Positions 1 to 12,715 of a stretch of DNA of 64,000 nucleotides are shown here, in pieces. The notes under the pieces were generated by a model. It worked only from the letters and a program-made list of their open reading frames with translations. It did not search any database and was not told where the DNA came from. The translations under genes and the position numbers were made by a program. Where the stretch lies: positions 22,692,001 through 22,756,000 of the forward strand of contig OZ076415.1 of assembly GCA_964187785.1 (NCBI GenBank). The letters run 5' to 3'. Origin of the DNA: Amphiscolops sp. MND2022 (Eukaryota). The first letter of the stretch is position 1. Each line of letters opens with the position of its first letter.

Positions 1-754
1 GGCTACATGGTATAACCTAAGTTAGCTTATTTTGAATGCTGTTTTTTGTCTTCGGGGCTGTTGTCCACAACCACAACCCGAAACCATTTTGGCAAATAGT
101 GGAAGATGGAAGGCTGTCATTAAGTTAGGAAAAACCTTACGATGCACAAAGGTCATTTTTCGGCACTGTGTGATTTATGAATTATTTTAGATTTAGTAGC
201 TCTGAGCTCAACAGAATGCATTGAGATAGAAATAACAGGAACAAAGATCAGTTCAAACGAATGAAAGGATCTTTTCTGTTAATCCCCCCACCACAGTAAG
301 CGCGGAAATTTTAATTCCCCACCACTATCAGCGATGAGTTTCAGTTGCAGTTAGAGTTATAAAATACTGCACTTTTGATTGGTTGTTTCTATTAATTCAA
401 TGATACTTTCTCTTGGCCGCTTAACTGAGGGGGGGATTAAATTGGTGGAGGGAATTAACAGAAAAGATCCGAATGAAACATTGAGTTTCGAAGAAAGATT
501 GATCGAAGTTGAAAACAGTTCCTGCCACAGGAAAGTTTCACAAGCTGCCTCATATACAAGGCAGAGTGAAAAAATATGGGCTACATGGTATAACCTAAGT
601 TAGCTTATTTTGAATGCTGTTTTTTGTCTTCGGGGCTGTTGTCCACAACCACAACCCGAAACCATTTTGGCAAATAGTGGAAGATGGAAGGCTGTCATTA
701 AGTTAGGAAAAACCTTACGATGCACAAAGGTCATTTTTCGGCACTGTGTGATTT
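1..754. repeat. Direct repeat with 578-bp period (1-176 = 579-754; may continue left of the window)
   Basis: ggctacatggtataacctaag...cggcactgtgtgattt occurs identically at 1-176 and 579-754. Confidence 0.9.
267..470. mobile_element. MITE with GG..CC terminal inverted repeats and 8-bp TSD (Merlin-like)
   Basis: TIRs are ggatcttttctgttaatccccccacca / tggtggagggaattaacagaaaagatcc. Both sides are flanked by gaatgaaa (259-266, 471-478). GG termini with an 8-9 bp TSD are typical of Merlin/IS1016. Confidence 0.75.
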
Positions 755-2029
755 TTCAGAAGTTTCATGAAAAGACTTTCAGCAATATTTGAAAGTTAGA
801 ATAAAGCATTTTAGTCCCAACGGGTTCTACCTTCTAGCCTTGTAATTTTTCGGCACTGTGAGATTAACCGCACAGTACCTTACAATTTGAAGTACTTTGT
901 TCCTTTTTGAGCCTTAACCGGGACTTAGCTAGTTCATTACGTTCATCAACCATTCCGACTTTCAAATGTTAACCTTCGCGTTAACACAACCTGTTAAGCT
1001 AATCCTATATTCAACAATTGGTGTTCTTGACAATTGGTGTCCCAGTCACAACATCAATTTTCTTTTCTATTCATTTCATGTTTACTAATTCCGACAAACA
1101 TCAGATCAAATTTTAGAGTGTCTTGAAAACTTCACACCAGCTGCCATAAATTTCAGTCGCAAGTCACTGCACGCTCAATCACCGATTACGCATTATGACG
1201 TCATGATCATAAATTTCAAAACATTTCGAACCCAAATGTGCCAAAAACGACCATAAAACTGTGCAAAATTCGATAGTAAAAATGCTGAAAGTACACAACT
1301 CAATCATCTATTATATATCTAAATCGACTCCTCCGTTTCTACGACTGTATTTTTTGAACCATAAACAGCCAAGAATTAATAAAACGCAGGTAAACAAGAC
1401 CGTGACACAGCCTTGTAATTAATTTTGCTGTGGTAATCCATGCAGACTAAGTATCATAAACATAACTTAAGTCTAAATTAATACCCAGAATGAATTAGAA
1501 AGAACCAGATTCAGGCTGTCATGTAGACTGAGCTCATTGCTACTGCTACAACTAAAGCAGGATTAAAGCTGCAAGTATAAGACTTAAAATTATTTGAGCG
1601 TAGCCGTTGTTTCTAGGAGCTTGATTAAAAAGCTTCCAATATATACACGACATACATTTTCCGTTTCTTCACAAGCAGTCTTATTTGCAACATTCATATT
1701 TATCACTTATATTTCACCAATGAAATTTTTTTTCGTAAAGCATTTTGAAATAAGCTCCGACAGTACAGAAAGAACTCAAGGAAGTTATTTTTTAACTGTT
1801 GAAGGTCAGATGTGACAAAAAATTTTTTAACACTTGGAGACAGAACTTTTGCAATAAAAAAAATCAGATTTAAGCAATGATCTATTTGTAGAGTACTCTA
1901 AAATTCTAGCAAAGAATGTTTTGCGTGAACCGTATGGCTCCTTTTTGGGTTAAATAACACTTCCAAACAAAGCGTACACAACCGAGGAAACCTTTCAATT
2001 CAATAAAAGTTGCTCCCGCTCTGATAGCA

Positions 2030-2100
2030 TTTAATTCCGCGTTAGTGTTCCTCTGAGATCGAACCTGTGGCCCTCTTAATCACCGTGTGCTTTTGGGCCA
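2030..2100 (-). mobile_element. tRNA-derived SINE-like head (degenerate)
   Basis: Minus strand has a B-box-like GGTTCGATCTC but no complete cloverleaf. Similar degenerate heads lie at 2728-2790 (-), 16150-16200 (+, GGTTCGAGTCC) and 57700-57781 (-, A-box TGGCCCAGTGG). Confidence 0.4.
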
Positions 2101-4056
2101 AGAAAGTCGGGCACCAGGTGCGAGGAAGCAGCTGGATCTCAGAGGTATCAGTGGACAGTGGAGTTTCATTTTTTTCACTATTTTCGATTTTGTTTCCTCT
2201 TTCTCGTGTCTCACGTTGTTTGGGATAACTTTCGTATACTAGTAACTCGGGAGAACAAAACTTTACATCACGCTAATTCAAACAGACTCGTGTACTACTT
2301 TTTAAAACCCAAAATTCTCAGTTTCAACTGAAATTCCTCGATTACACAAGAAAATCAAAACTTTTTCTTCTCTTCATCTACAAGTGTTTGCTCGCCTCTA
2401 GCTACGTTGGTAGTAGATGAAGGTTGAATTACAGGAACAAAGGACGACTTTTTGTATTCGACCCCGCGGTTCTCAGGAAGTGGCTTAGGTTTTTCTTACG
2501 TGACCTTTCTGAAGCTTCCATCAAGCGGGCTTTTGCGGCGTCTTGATAATTTTTTCTTCAACTTATTCGCAGTTTTGTTTCTAGCATTCAACATAATTAA
2601 TTATTATTAAGGTACTTTCCCAAAGACTTGATTCCAAGGTCTTGATCTTAACACCGGATCAATACTGTTTTAAGAGAACTGCTTGACAAAGATCATTGAG
2701 CGCAAGCGTACGTTTTAATCTAAAAATTCGACGTTGCCAAGGCTCAAACACACGACCTTTTGACCAGCAACCACGCGCTTAATCCACGGTAATTTCTGTC
2801 GGATTGAAAAAGAAAACGAGTGCCCTTATGATAGCCGGACTATCTTTGATACAGTCCGACTGAAAAGAAATTACTACAATTGCTCTCTCAGATCAAACGA
2901 AAGATAACTGGCCCATTTTTGAGAATTGGCACAAATTTCGACAATTCCTGTCAAATCGTCCACTTATTGCGCATATCAAGTTGTCACTCGAATGAAGGCC
3001 GTTTATTTTCTACGCGAGCAGCCAAAAGTGAATGACCATATGAACAATCTATCACCAGAACTTGTTTCAAACTGGGGCGGCTGCCGAAGAGCAATCCACA
3101 AATCGACATAGCAAACAACGCATCAGTATTGCCAATAGTAATCCTCTTGCGAAGTTAATAAATGTCAGAACTTTTCACTAGTGACATTGGAAAAACTGGC
3201 ATCAGAAAATTCGAAATCTGTCAAAGATTGCCCACTAATAACCGTCAGGGCTGTCAGACATTCAGCGAAATCCGCTCAAATTCGTAGCGCTAGGGACTAA
3301 ATAAAACTTGGCCAATAATAATAAATTACGGATTGAACTGAAAACAATGAATTTTCACCTATGAAAGAGGTATAGGGTATCGGACACATGCCAATCAAAC
3401 AGGTATCCGAATTAATCGGCTTCCAATTACCCCGAGTCCACTGTTTCGGACTGTTGTAATATATCACTACTGCTGTGGACTTTCTCCTTCCGTATGTAGG
3501 ACGGGCCCCATAGAACAAGTTACTAGAGCAATTAGGGACACATAGCTCCGCTCATACATTTGGGGCTGATCAAGAAGTCAAATACACAGACATCCATCTC
3601 GGTTTGTGAATCTTCCAGCAAAAAACCGACCTTCACCCTTGGTAGAATTTTTAAATTTCATTTAAATTTAAATTTTAAAAACACTCGAAAATCACTGAGT
3701 GAAATTCAATCTGAAAGATGACAAAAAAATAAGATGACCAGAAAGCGGCTTCAGGAACAGGTCAATTTGTCGAGTTACTAAAGCGGGAGTTACAATAGAA
3801 CAAAGCGCAATGATTGACAAACAGAAAACCGTGGAGAAAAAATTCTGAAACTATTAAAAATTTCTTAAGAAGACTCGGGTGAAAAACCCAGTGGGAGACG
3901 ACTGCGATGAGTCGCGGCTAAGATGAAATTCGGTTTCACTATGAAACAAAACTTGAAACTCGCGTTACCAGCCTTAAACCATCAATTCATTAATATTTTG
4001 AGCCCATGCAAACCAAAATAGGTTGTAGCTTCATGCAAACTGTTGCTTTAATTTAA

Positions 4057-4595
4057 AACAAGCCGAGAACGGCCAAAGTCGGCGCCATATCTAAGGCTCA
4101 AAATTGAAAAGGGGGGACCCTTCGGGCTTTGTGAAACTCCAGCTGGTTGCAAAAAATTAAAAAAAATGAAGGGGGGGACCCTTTGGGGACATGAAAAAAT
4201 TTCCAAAAAAATTTTTAATGAGATTTTTGAACAGTGTCACAGTGCCGAAAAATGTAAAAGGGGGGACCCTTTGCGATTTTTTGACATCCATTGTGTTGCA
4301 AAATATCGAAACAAATGAAGGGGGGACCCTTTGGTGCAATCCAAAAAGTTTCAAAAAGTCTCATAGTGCCGAAAAAAAGTGGGGGTATGGGGGATCCTTA
4401 GTGTGTTTTCGAGGTTCTGGACGTCTGTTTTGTTTTCGTTTGGACGCGCTTCTGAGGTTTGAGTTGTTGAGGTTTGAAGTTGTTGAGGTTTGACGTTGTT
4501 GAACAAATGAACAAAAAAGTGGACCTTACGCGTCTAAAAAAACTACCCACTGTAATAGTCGGGCTCATTTTCTACTAAAATGCGCCGACTAAAAA
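4057..4595 (+). mobile_element. Helentron-associated (HINE/DINE-1-like) non-autonomous element
   Basis: Starts AACAAG. It has sub-terminal inverted GTCGGCGC/GCGCCGAC, a hairpin near the far end (gtcgggctcatttt..aaaatgcgccgac), internal ggggaccct and cacagtgccgaaaa repeats, A/T-run ends and no TSD. Confidence 0.65.
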
Positions 4596-7500
4596 TATTC
4601 TGTTTTTATGTTAAAACAAACTCAACAGAAGCATTCAGTGAAGAAAAAACTCAAATCTGGGGGTAATCAACACTGCTTAAGCACTGTAGTTAAAACCAAA
4701 GCGCAATCTAGTTTTTGGGTCAACCAACACCCTTTCTCTTCCATATTCAGGCGAATATGTTCTCAAAATTCCAACGCAATTTTACAAGCTACTCTCAACA
4801 CACTGCCGCTGGTGGTATATTAGCCAGTATATGCCTATAAATTCAATTATATTACCAAATGACTGTTCAAAAGGTTCCATTTGTTAAAACTAACGCCATA
4901 AGCCCGTGACAGAGTTCTGGTAAATAAAAATCAAACATAAATTACATGCTTCATTTGTTTTCATTGAAGTGTAGAGCATAAAAGAACGGAGAAAAACAAA
5001 AGCTTTGACAGAATAATAGCAGCCTTTGTCTCAAAACTCACTGTGAATCGAACCAATACTTAGTTCCTTATCTTAATTTCAACCGCATTACCCGTTAAAA
5101 GCCGTCAGCAGCCTTAAGCGGTGAAATTTGCTTCGTCCACAAATATACAAAAAACGGAACTGGGAAATGCACTTTGTAATCACTCTGTACAGTGATAGCT
5201 TGATTATAACAGTTCAGCATTTTATTTCAAGAAAAAAGCTTCAATCATATATTCTTGCTCTGAAGGTTTCCATAGATGAAAAACGACGTAATACTTTACG
5301 ACGGAGAACGTTTTTAGAGAACAAAACTAGCTATACAAAAGTACTCTGAAGTATTGGGGAATAGGAGAAACAGCGTTAGAATAAAAACAAAGAAACGCTC
5401 AGTTTCAAAATCTATCTTTCTGCCTATATTATTAAAAACTGTTAAAAATTCTTGATGTTTTTATGTCCAATATTATCATGTCAATTATTTCATATTTTTA
5501 TCAACCTACCAACAGAAAATTTACTACGTAGCTTCATTATGAATAACTTTTCTCAACTAGTCGCAAAACATAACATGGAGCTAGAACAGCACTTTTTAAA
5601 CCAAAAGCACTTATCATTTAGAACAAGCATATTGGCATTTCTCACGTTAAAAAAGACAAACTGTTGGAAAATGCCGCTGCATTTTTCATAGATACTGAAT
5701 GCGTAAGGAACCCTAATTCCACCACGTACCATTTTTGATTGATCGCTTCAAAGTGACGTTTCACTGATTGCTTTTGTGCCAACAAAATTAAGGCCGTCGA
5801 TATTGGTGCCAAATTACCCATTAATCACTTCCTTTTAGACCATGACAAAACAAACGAACTATTATTATCCATACAACACAGTACCAAAAATAGCCAAAAT
5901 GTTCTCGCCACTCAGAAATGGTCACAAAGAACAGAACAAGGTTGTATTTAAGCAGCTAAAAATGTTACCCACTTTCATGAGTAATAACCTGTCCATTCAT
6001 GTATGGTATACATAGTCATCAATTTGTTTTCAGATCTTACCAACAGTTTAACAAGCCAAAATTTGTCTCCGATATTAATCATTTCCGCGTCTAAATTAGA
6101 AAGCAGCATTCAAACCAATGGGGTAAGTTTCTATTTTTCCTAGATGTAATTACGGCCATAGCTTAGATGCCGTGCAATAGCGCTCGCTGTTGCGAAAGAA
6201 AGAACCCTAATACCCTGTGAACAGATTTAGTTTTCATGCCGCCAGCAAAAAACAGTCCATCAAAAGTAGAATATCTAGTCATGGAGTTCTTCAGCTGACA
6301 TTTCTTTTTATGAAGATAAGTAAAAATGGCGACATCTAACAATAAGTGCTGTGCTGTCAAGCGAAATTTATTTCAGTCTTTTGTTGCGAAATCCACAATA
6401 ATGTATTTTGTATTGTTACCACGTCGCATACTAGTAGCTCTCCTGTAGTTCTATTATTTTGCTCCTTTTATATTTTTCTTCACCGCTGCAGTGGGCAAAA
6501 AGGCTGGAAAAAACGAAACTGTGAGAGCGATCAATTAAAAATCTGAGGAAATGAAGAAAAGTACATGGAAATAGGCGCTGTCATGAATTGCGCAAGTTAT
6601 TTAACATAAAGTTGGATTGGTTCCGGTTTGAATGCATCTGATATCAACAACCAGCGAGAAGTTCAATTCATTTTATTATAACTAAGTCAGTTACCTCGAG
6701 TTTCTATTGCCGTTTTGACCTCCGGGCGGGATACATTCTACGCCAGCCGCTTATTTGTTGGATTAACTTGACCTTCTGAGCAGAAGTTGACGCCAAGTCC
6801 ATTTTCCGCTTTCAAAAGAGAACAAAAAACAGGAGTAAGTTAACTTCATAACGTTACAGCGAACTGTAAACCCGACAGCTTCCTTAGACTGGATTGCCGT
6901 TTGGCTTAATTACCAATTCGCGGTTTATCGCCAGTTATCAGCACTTACTTTTCAATAGCACGGCATATGGCCTCACTTCTACCTGTCATCACGATTACCA
7001 ACTTTGTCATCTCTTAAAGTACGTATTTATTTTTATATAGTTCAAGGGGCTGATCTTTTTACTGGGAGATGAAAACTTGACCTCTTTTTATGTCAGTTAT
7101 AATTCAGCTGAAATTATCAGTTTTTACAAATTTCATTTCCACATAAAGCCATAGTGACGTTAACACAGAAAACCACCAAAGTGGCATTTCCGAAAAACCA
7201 CTGTAGATTGCGGCTGTTACATCTATCGGCTGAGTTTGAATTCATATTATGGTTTAGAAAAGGTTCTCATTAGAGCCTTTTCAAAACCATAATGTGAAGT
7301 CAAAGTTGACAGAGGGATTTTAGAGGCCCAGGTTTGAAAAAGAACATGAACTAAACTAGTGGTATTCCAAAAATGCGATTTAACTGCATGAAATGGCAAT
7401 TTATATTGTCTAGTTTCTCAAAAAGTATTCAAAAACGAGGTTAGCTTCAAAAAATGAAAGTTTCTCAGAACTTCATTGTGATTACAAGGATTTTCATTTA

Positions 7501-9267
7501 AAGTTTCTGCAAGCAGTATTTCAAAAGATATAAAACCCTAACTTTGGCCTATTTAATTGAAACAGCAGTTATTCAATATTTTGAATGTTCCAATGAACAA
7601 TTTTGGTCAAATTTATTTTTGATCATTCAAAAGGAAAATCACTGTGGAGGCCTGTTCATGTGCTACATCTAGAAAACCATCAGAAGAAGTCTGTTAGAAA
7701 GTCTCAATAAGTCCAAGAAAAAAGCCTCAAAAACTACTTTTTTGACTAGTGTGCAACTTTCTTTTGCCCAAAAAATCTAAGCATAAATTTCATCGGAACC
7801 TATTTCGGTCAAAATAGAGCCCAAAGTCTTGCCGAAATTTATACGCAAAACCCAATCGCTACCTAAAATGGTTTACAAAAAAAGGCCTTTGAAAACTTGA
7901 CCGGAGGTCAAAAATGCCTCGAGTCGCAACTATTCATCGCGCTTTGCTCATTTTTAAAAAATGGAATTTCACCTTTGCAAAATCTGTTGGCCAATAAACA
8001 GACGTCGCTCGCCCAAAATATCTTACTTTATATGCTTCTGAAATCTTCGCTTCACTGGTTTCTTTTTCAACTTAGGTTGGTATTTTCTGTTCTTCTGGTA
8101 TTGCGTTGTTCATATTGGAAAAAGACCAGATTATTACAGTGACTAGTTTTCTTCTCCAGCCTCACACTGAAGTGTCCGCTTTTTGTTCAACTTCACATCT
8201 TGGATCATTTCTCAGAATTCACAGCTGGACCAAGCTGAAGTGTATCTAAGTGCATTCACGACATTTACAAGGCTAGACGACACCAAAGGACAACGAAAAA
8301 CGAGCCCAACAATATTTTTTCACCAGTCAGCGAAATTCAATTTATTTCAGCCTCTCCGGAGAGATTAGTTCACATCTTTGAACAGATTTGTAGCTGACAA
8401 CTCAAGGTCAAGATTGCTTGTGACGGCAGCACGACCTTTGACTTTTAGTCTCTTACCCAATTAGCTGCAGAATATTTGACGACTCCGACTATTTTCATGA
8501 GCATCAGTTGTTACAAAAAGCTGTCTACTTAATCCAACTACACAACAATCAGTCAACTGATCAATCAAATCAGTCAACACTTCGTCAGACACAAAACAAT
8601 TTTTCACTTCGAATCTCCACAGACGCAAAAATTAGTTTACATCTTATGAACAAGCGAGTCGGAAGAATAACAACGAAGCAAAATTTATTTATTGATATTC
8701 AGCGCCGAAAAAAACTAAGCACTGGGTAAGCATCGGTGTTATTTTAAACGACCAAATTGATTAAAAACGCGGTTACAGTCAACTTCGGTTACAACAAACT
8801 CGGTAGTAATGAACATTTTAAACGAAAAAAACCGATGTAACGAAATTCGATTATACATTTTTAGGTCTCAAGACTTTTAGATGCATGCGTCAATTCGTTA
8901 GAAACGGAATTGGCTTTTATGTTCGCCTTTGTTTCATGTTCTAATGTTACATGCTTGGAAATCGGAAATAAAAAAACGACTTTAGTTGGAATCCAGCGAG
9001 GTACCTATGCCTTCAGATTCATGAATTCAGGCACACAGACGAAGTTTGTCGAAATTGGATTTGGAAATTTAAAACATGTGAAAGTTGCAGAAAATGAGTT
9101 TTGAGTCGACAATCGAAAGTTTTGCTTGATATGACTTCTGTTGGCCCAGAAACTTTGATTCTGATCAGATATTATGACCCAAAACTTTGATCAAATATTC
9201 AGAAAATGACTTTCAAATTACTGAAAATAATTGAAAATTTTTTGACTAACTTGTTCATATCGCAATA

Positions 9268-9440
9268 CAGTGAACTCCGGTTAATTCGTACCCGGATTTA
9301 TAGGATCTTCGTTTATTTTGCATGTATCTGAAGCCCCAATTCTCGACGACCAAAGTAATATTTTCCGGTTAATTCGTATTTCTAATTACTCGTACTATTT
9401 TATTCGGTCCCTAGCGATCCGAATTAGGCTGATTTAACTG
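9268..9440. mobile_element. Tc1/mariner (pogo-like) MITE
   Basis: Left end TA|CAGTGAACTCCGGTTAATTCG and degenerate right end cgaattaggctgatttaactg. A more decayed relative lies at about 8775-8855. Confidence 0.55.
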
Positions 9441-9554
9441 CAAAAGGCATTCATTTCGTAAACCTCAATAGTGGATGACTACTTTAATGAAAATCCAATG
9501 TACCGCAAAGGAGCTGTTACACTATTTATTTTGAATGATATATATGTCTGTCAG

Positions 9555-11252
9555 ACTGTAGCAAGCAACACGATTGCGCCCGGAACAATGCCAAATTATA
9601 GGACCTCCATCTTACAATACCTATTCATGGCTGTTTCGGGTTGGTGAAGTCTATCTAGGTCAACAGCCTTTGGAACAAATAACGGAATTTGTCAGGAGCG
9701 AAGCAGTCTCTCTCAAACCTAGCGTATTGCATTTAAACACGCCTGTGTGCTTCTGCGCCAGGGCAGATCCGAGTCTTCGACTGTCAAGGAACTTTTTCGA
9801 CAATAGAAAATAAGCAAGGCATCTGAGAACATTCGATACTTTACCTCTAGTGAATTGAAAATCCAAGTCTTTGAAGATGTTTTTATCTTGTTTGCGTCCC
9901 TTTTTTTCGTCAGGGCAATCTTTAAATTCTGAATACTCCAACGGTAAAATCTGCGTCACTGAAACTTTTCGCTTTTTAAACTAGCTCAAGTTCATTTAGA
10001 CCTTTTGATTCCAAAACCCCATTGATTGTTTCAGAATACCACAATGAATAACATTGAACATCGGCAGCCAATGAGGTTAGAATACCTGAGATGACGTCAT
10101 TGCGTGATCTAATTCCCCCTGAACACGTGATCGAGGCGTTCTACGGAACGATGACAGGTAGACATCGCAGAGCCAACTTTCATGATACATTATTGAAGAC
10201 AGGGTTTTTGGAACTCATCTATAACCGCCCGTTTTAGAAACTGCTTTTTCTAATGAAATTACGAAAAAAACTGAAAATTTGAGAAAAAATTCTACTAGAA
10301 ATTTAATCTACGCTAAAATACCTTACATGGGAAATAGTTGAAGGTTTAAAGACCAAAGTTTTAAATGTTTCTCAATCAAGAAGCAGCATTACAGAGCTTA
10401 TGAAACAGCTTTGCTTCGTAGTATTTTGACTAGGAACATTCGATTGGGGAAACGTTTGGGTCCCAATAGGTCGATTAAAGAATGACTTTCTACCTGCGAT
10501 TACCTTAACTTCAGAAAAAATATTCCAGAACACAGAAACTCGTGTTCGAATTTATACCGAAGTTATACAGTTAGCAGTTACATTTGAAGAAGCTTTAGGC
10601 GGTTAGTTGGCGTTGACAAATGCATATCTGCGGTGTCTTATGACAGGGGTGTTTTTCTTCTACTTCGGACTCTTCTGTTCCTTTCTGCTGATAGCAGCCT
10701 GCAATATCATAGGCAAGAAGATGAACGACTTTTTGAAGGACAAAGACTCGGATAATGTTCCTTTCATACTCAATACCTCGCATGGTAAGAAACCAATTCA
10801 TGTTATTTCAAGTCGCCATGAAAGCAGATGTTGTTTAATACATAAAAACATCGTTTCTCAACTGAAAACCCCGTAAAATGTACGTAGGAAATCACTAGTA
10901 TTCCATATTCGGTGCTTGGAATTGACACTTTCAAAAACTTGTAACTGGTTTTTGGAGTCTTAAAACCTCTCGAATCACCCAAACGTCCATCTCTTCTGAA
11001 AAATAATGGTTGATATTCTTAGATCCTCTTTCTTTCACAGATTATTCCAAAGACGACACGGTAGCACGGAAGATTCGGACTCGAAACAACCGATCTCTCA
11101 GTGTGGTCACAGCCACCATGCTCAACACCAACGGCACCACTCGCACGTGCAAGATATCATCCGTGAAGCAGCCGCCCAAAATACAGATAGGGGTCATGAA
11201 GATGAAGAGGAGGGGCGAGGGCGGGGGATCGACACATGGGCATGTCACGTGA
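9555..11252 (+). CDS. 3' exons of an unidentified membrane protein (exons 9555-9639, 10647-10784, 11041-11252)
   Basis: GT-AG joins are phase-compatible (gtcag|act..tcgg|gttggt; gacag|gg..catg|gtaaga; tttcacag|at..tga). They give TVASNTIAPGTMPNYRTSILQYLFMAVSGVFFFYFGLFCSFLLIAACNIIGKKMNDFLKDKDSD...HVT*, a hydrophobic segment followed by KK, with GC3-rich codons. Upstream exons were not resolved. Confidence 0.55.
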
Positions 11253-12190
11253 CCAATGGGTGGGGTGCTTCAATTAATGTCACCAACTTCACCAGTCAAC
11301 TACTTTGAAATGGGAAGATAACTCAGTTTTTGGCTCAACTTGAATTCTTTCGAATTCCAAAGGGACAACTTGAAGCATTTGCGGAAAAAAATACCAACAA
11401 AATGTATATATCTCCTTTATTTTTGGTTTTAAGAGATTGTGCTCCTGTTTCCGTGATGGGGCTTTAATTTCAGCTGTATCACCTTTTCCAAATGAGATGA
11501 TTGATTCAAGAACACCGCTGGTTAACTCAGTCGAAATGACAAACAAATTGATCATTTAAAAAAACGTAGAAAATTAGTCCTAAAGATGAAACTCAGGAGT
11601 TGGTGCATATTCAATTGACAGCCTTTCAAGCAGGCCACTCAAGAGAATAATCCGTTAGTATCACCCAACCCATTAATTGTTCAAAGGATCATCTAGCAAG
11701 TTATGTTACCCGATCCCAATCAATGACGTTCCGACCTTAGCTGGATCAAGAACCTGTTGAATGCTCATGGCAATTGGATACACGGCAATTGGATGTGCAA
11801 TGTTTAACACGGCATTGGATATTTGATGTATATAAGTACCTTTACCATTTACATTTCTAGAATACTTCTGTCAGAAATACAGTCTTTCGTTTCTAAACTG
11901 TTCATTGCTGCAAAGATTGTCGAGAGCGATGGGAATTTCTCAGAGGCAACTAGTTTAAAAGGTTTTTTGTTTCCAACAAAAAAAAGACGAAAGCTACGAA
12001 GACCGATTCTCCTCCCACAAAGACCAAAATCCAACTTTCATTTATCATACAAATCAGCACTTTAACTCAAGGTTTTGAATGAAAAAAATGACTAACTCCT
12101 AGACCACACAAAGGAGTGAAATAAGTAAATCGATTATTGCAGACTCATTACAGACGATGATGATGCAGGACTTTCAGAAGGAAAATTTGA

Positions 12191-12530
12191 TTTTTAGTCG
12201 GCGCTTTTCTAGAGAAAGAGTCGACTATAGTCATGGCTTTTCGTCAGTGTTTTTTCGATTATTCTGAAGTGACCAAAATAGTTCTACAAAATTTCATGGT
12301 GTCAAATTGAACCATTTGGCCTAGCGAACTGAACCAAAAAGGTTTTTCATTTTTTCAGCGTAACATATTACCAGTCGAGACTAAAGGCCCTTTCAGTTTT
12401 TTAGGCATTGTGAGACTTTTTCCAAAAAAATTTCGGGTGCTGTAGAAGAGAATACTTTGACACTTTGAAGTTTTTTTTGCTATTTTTGAGCCTTAGATAT
12501 GGCGCCGACTTGAGCCGGTCCCGACTTGTT
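12191..12530 (-). mobile_element. HINE/DINE-like element copy
   Basis: tttttagtcggcgcttttctag at the left and ggcgccgacttgagccggtcccgacttgtt at the right; same family as 4057-4595. Confidence 0.65.
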
Positions 12531-12715
12531 CACCACTTCCTGAGGCGTTTTTTGCCTTTTATGATATCAGAAGTGAACTACCTTTCTGAAAGTTGAGAAC
12601 ATGACAAAATTACATGGCGCATATCAAACCAGGTATTGACAGATTTTTAGAGAATGTTTTCCAGGAAAAAATTATAGTACTGCAACGAAACTACAGTTAA
12701 ATTATCTTCAGAAAA

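Noticed and set aside
2330-2585. Minus-strand protein-like frame (NKTANKLKKKLSRRRK..EKPKPLPENRG..)
   Set aside because: It has an in-frame TAA, and the only possible intron would be 16 nt; likely a decayed TE ORF.
6463-6503. FLPTAAVKKNIKG resembling a P450 heme loop without Cys
   Set aside because: It lies upstream of the helix-I-like string (wrong order) and is followed by stops; probably chance.
9000-9104. VEIGFGNL resembling a K-channel GFG signature
   Set aside because: No pore helix or convincing exon boundaries in that frame.
10060-10140. CCAAT, CRE (TGACGTCA) and E-box cluster as a promoter
   Set aside because: It is intronic, the motifs are short, they recur in repeat-derived DNA, and there is no TSS evidence.
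11042-11248. Hydrophobic minus-strand ORF resembling TM helices or a P450 K-helix
   Set aside because: This is the expected antisense image of a His/Gln/Thr-rich frame, and the splice signals favour the plus strand.
11006-11308. His-rich frame (GHSHHAQHQRHHSH..EDEEE) suggesting a ZIP/CDF metal transporter loop
   Set aside because: Joining it to the strong upstream donor at 10785 is out of phase. The other frame is phase-compatible and richer in GC3. It remains possible only through a weaker donor at 10873.
11700-11830. Plus-strand MLMAIGYTAIGCAMFNTALDI resembling a K-channel TM, and minus-strand IAVYP resembling P450 helix J
   Set aside because: The plus reading is bounded by stops with no acceptor; the minus reading lacks a hydrophobic helix I. 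Neither is supportable.
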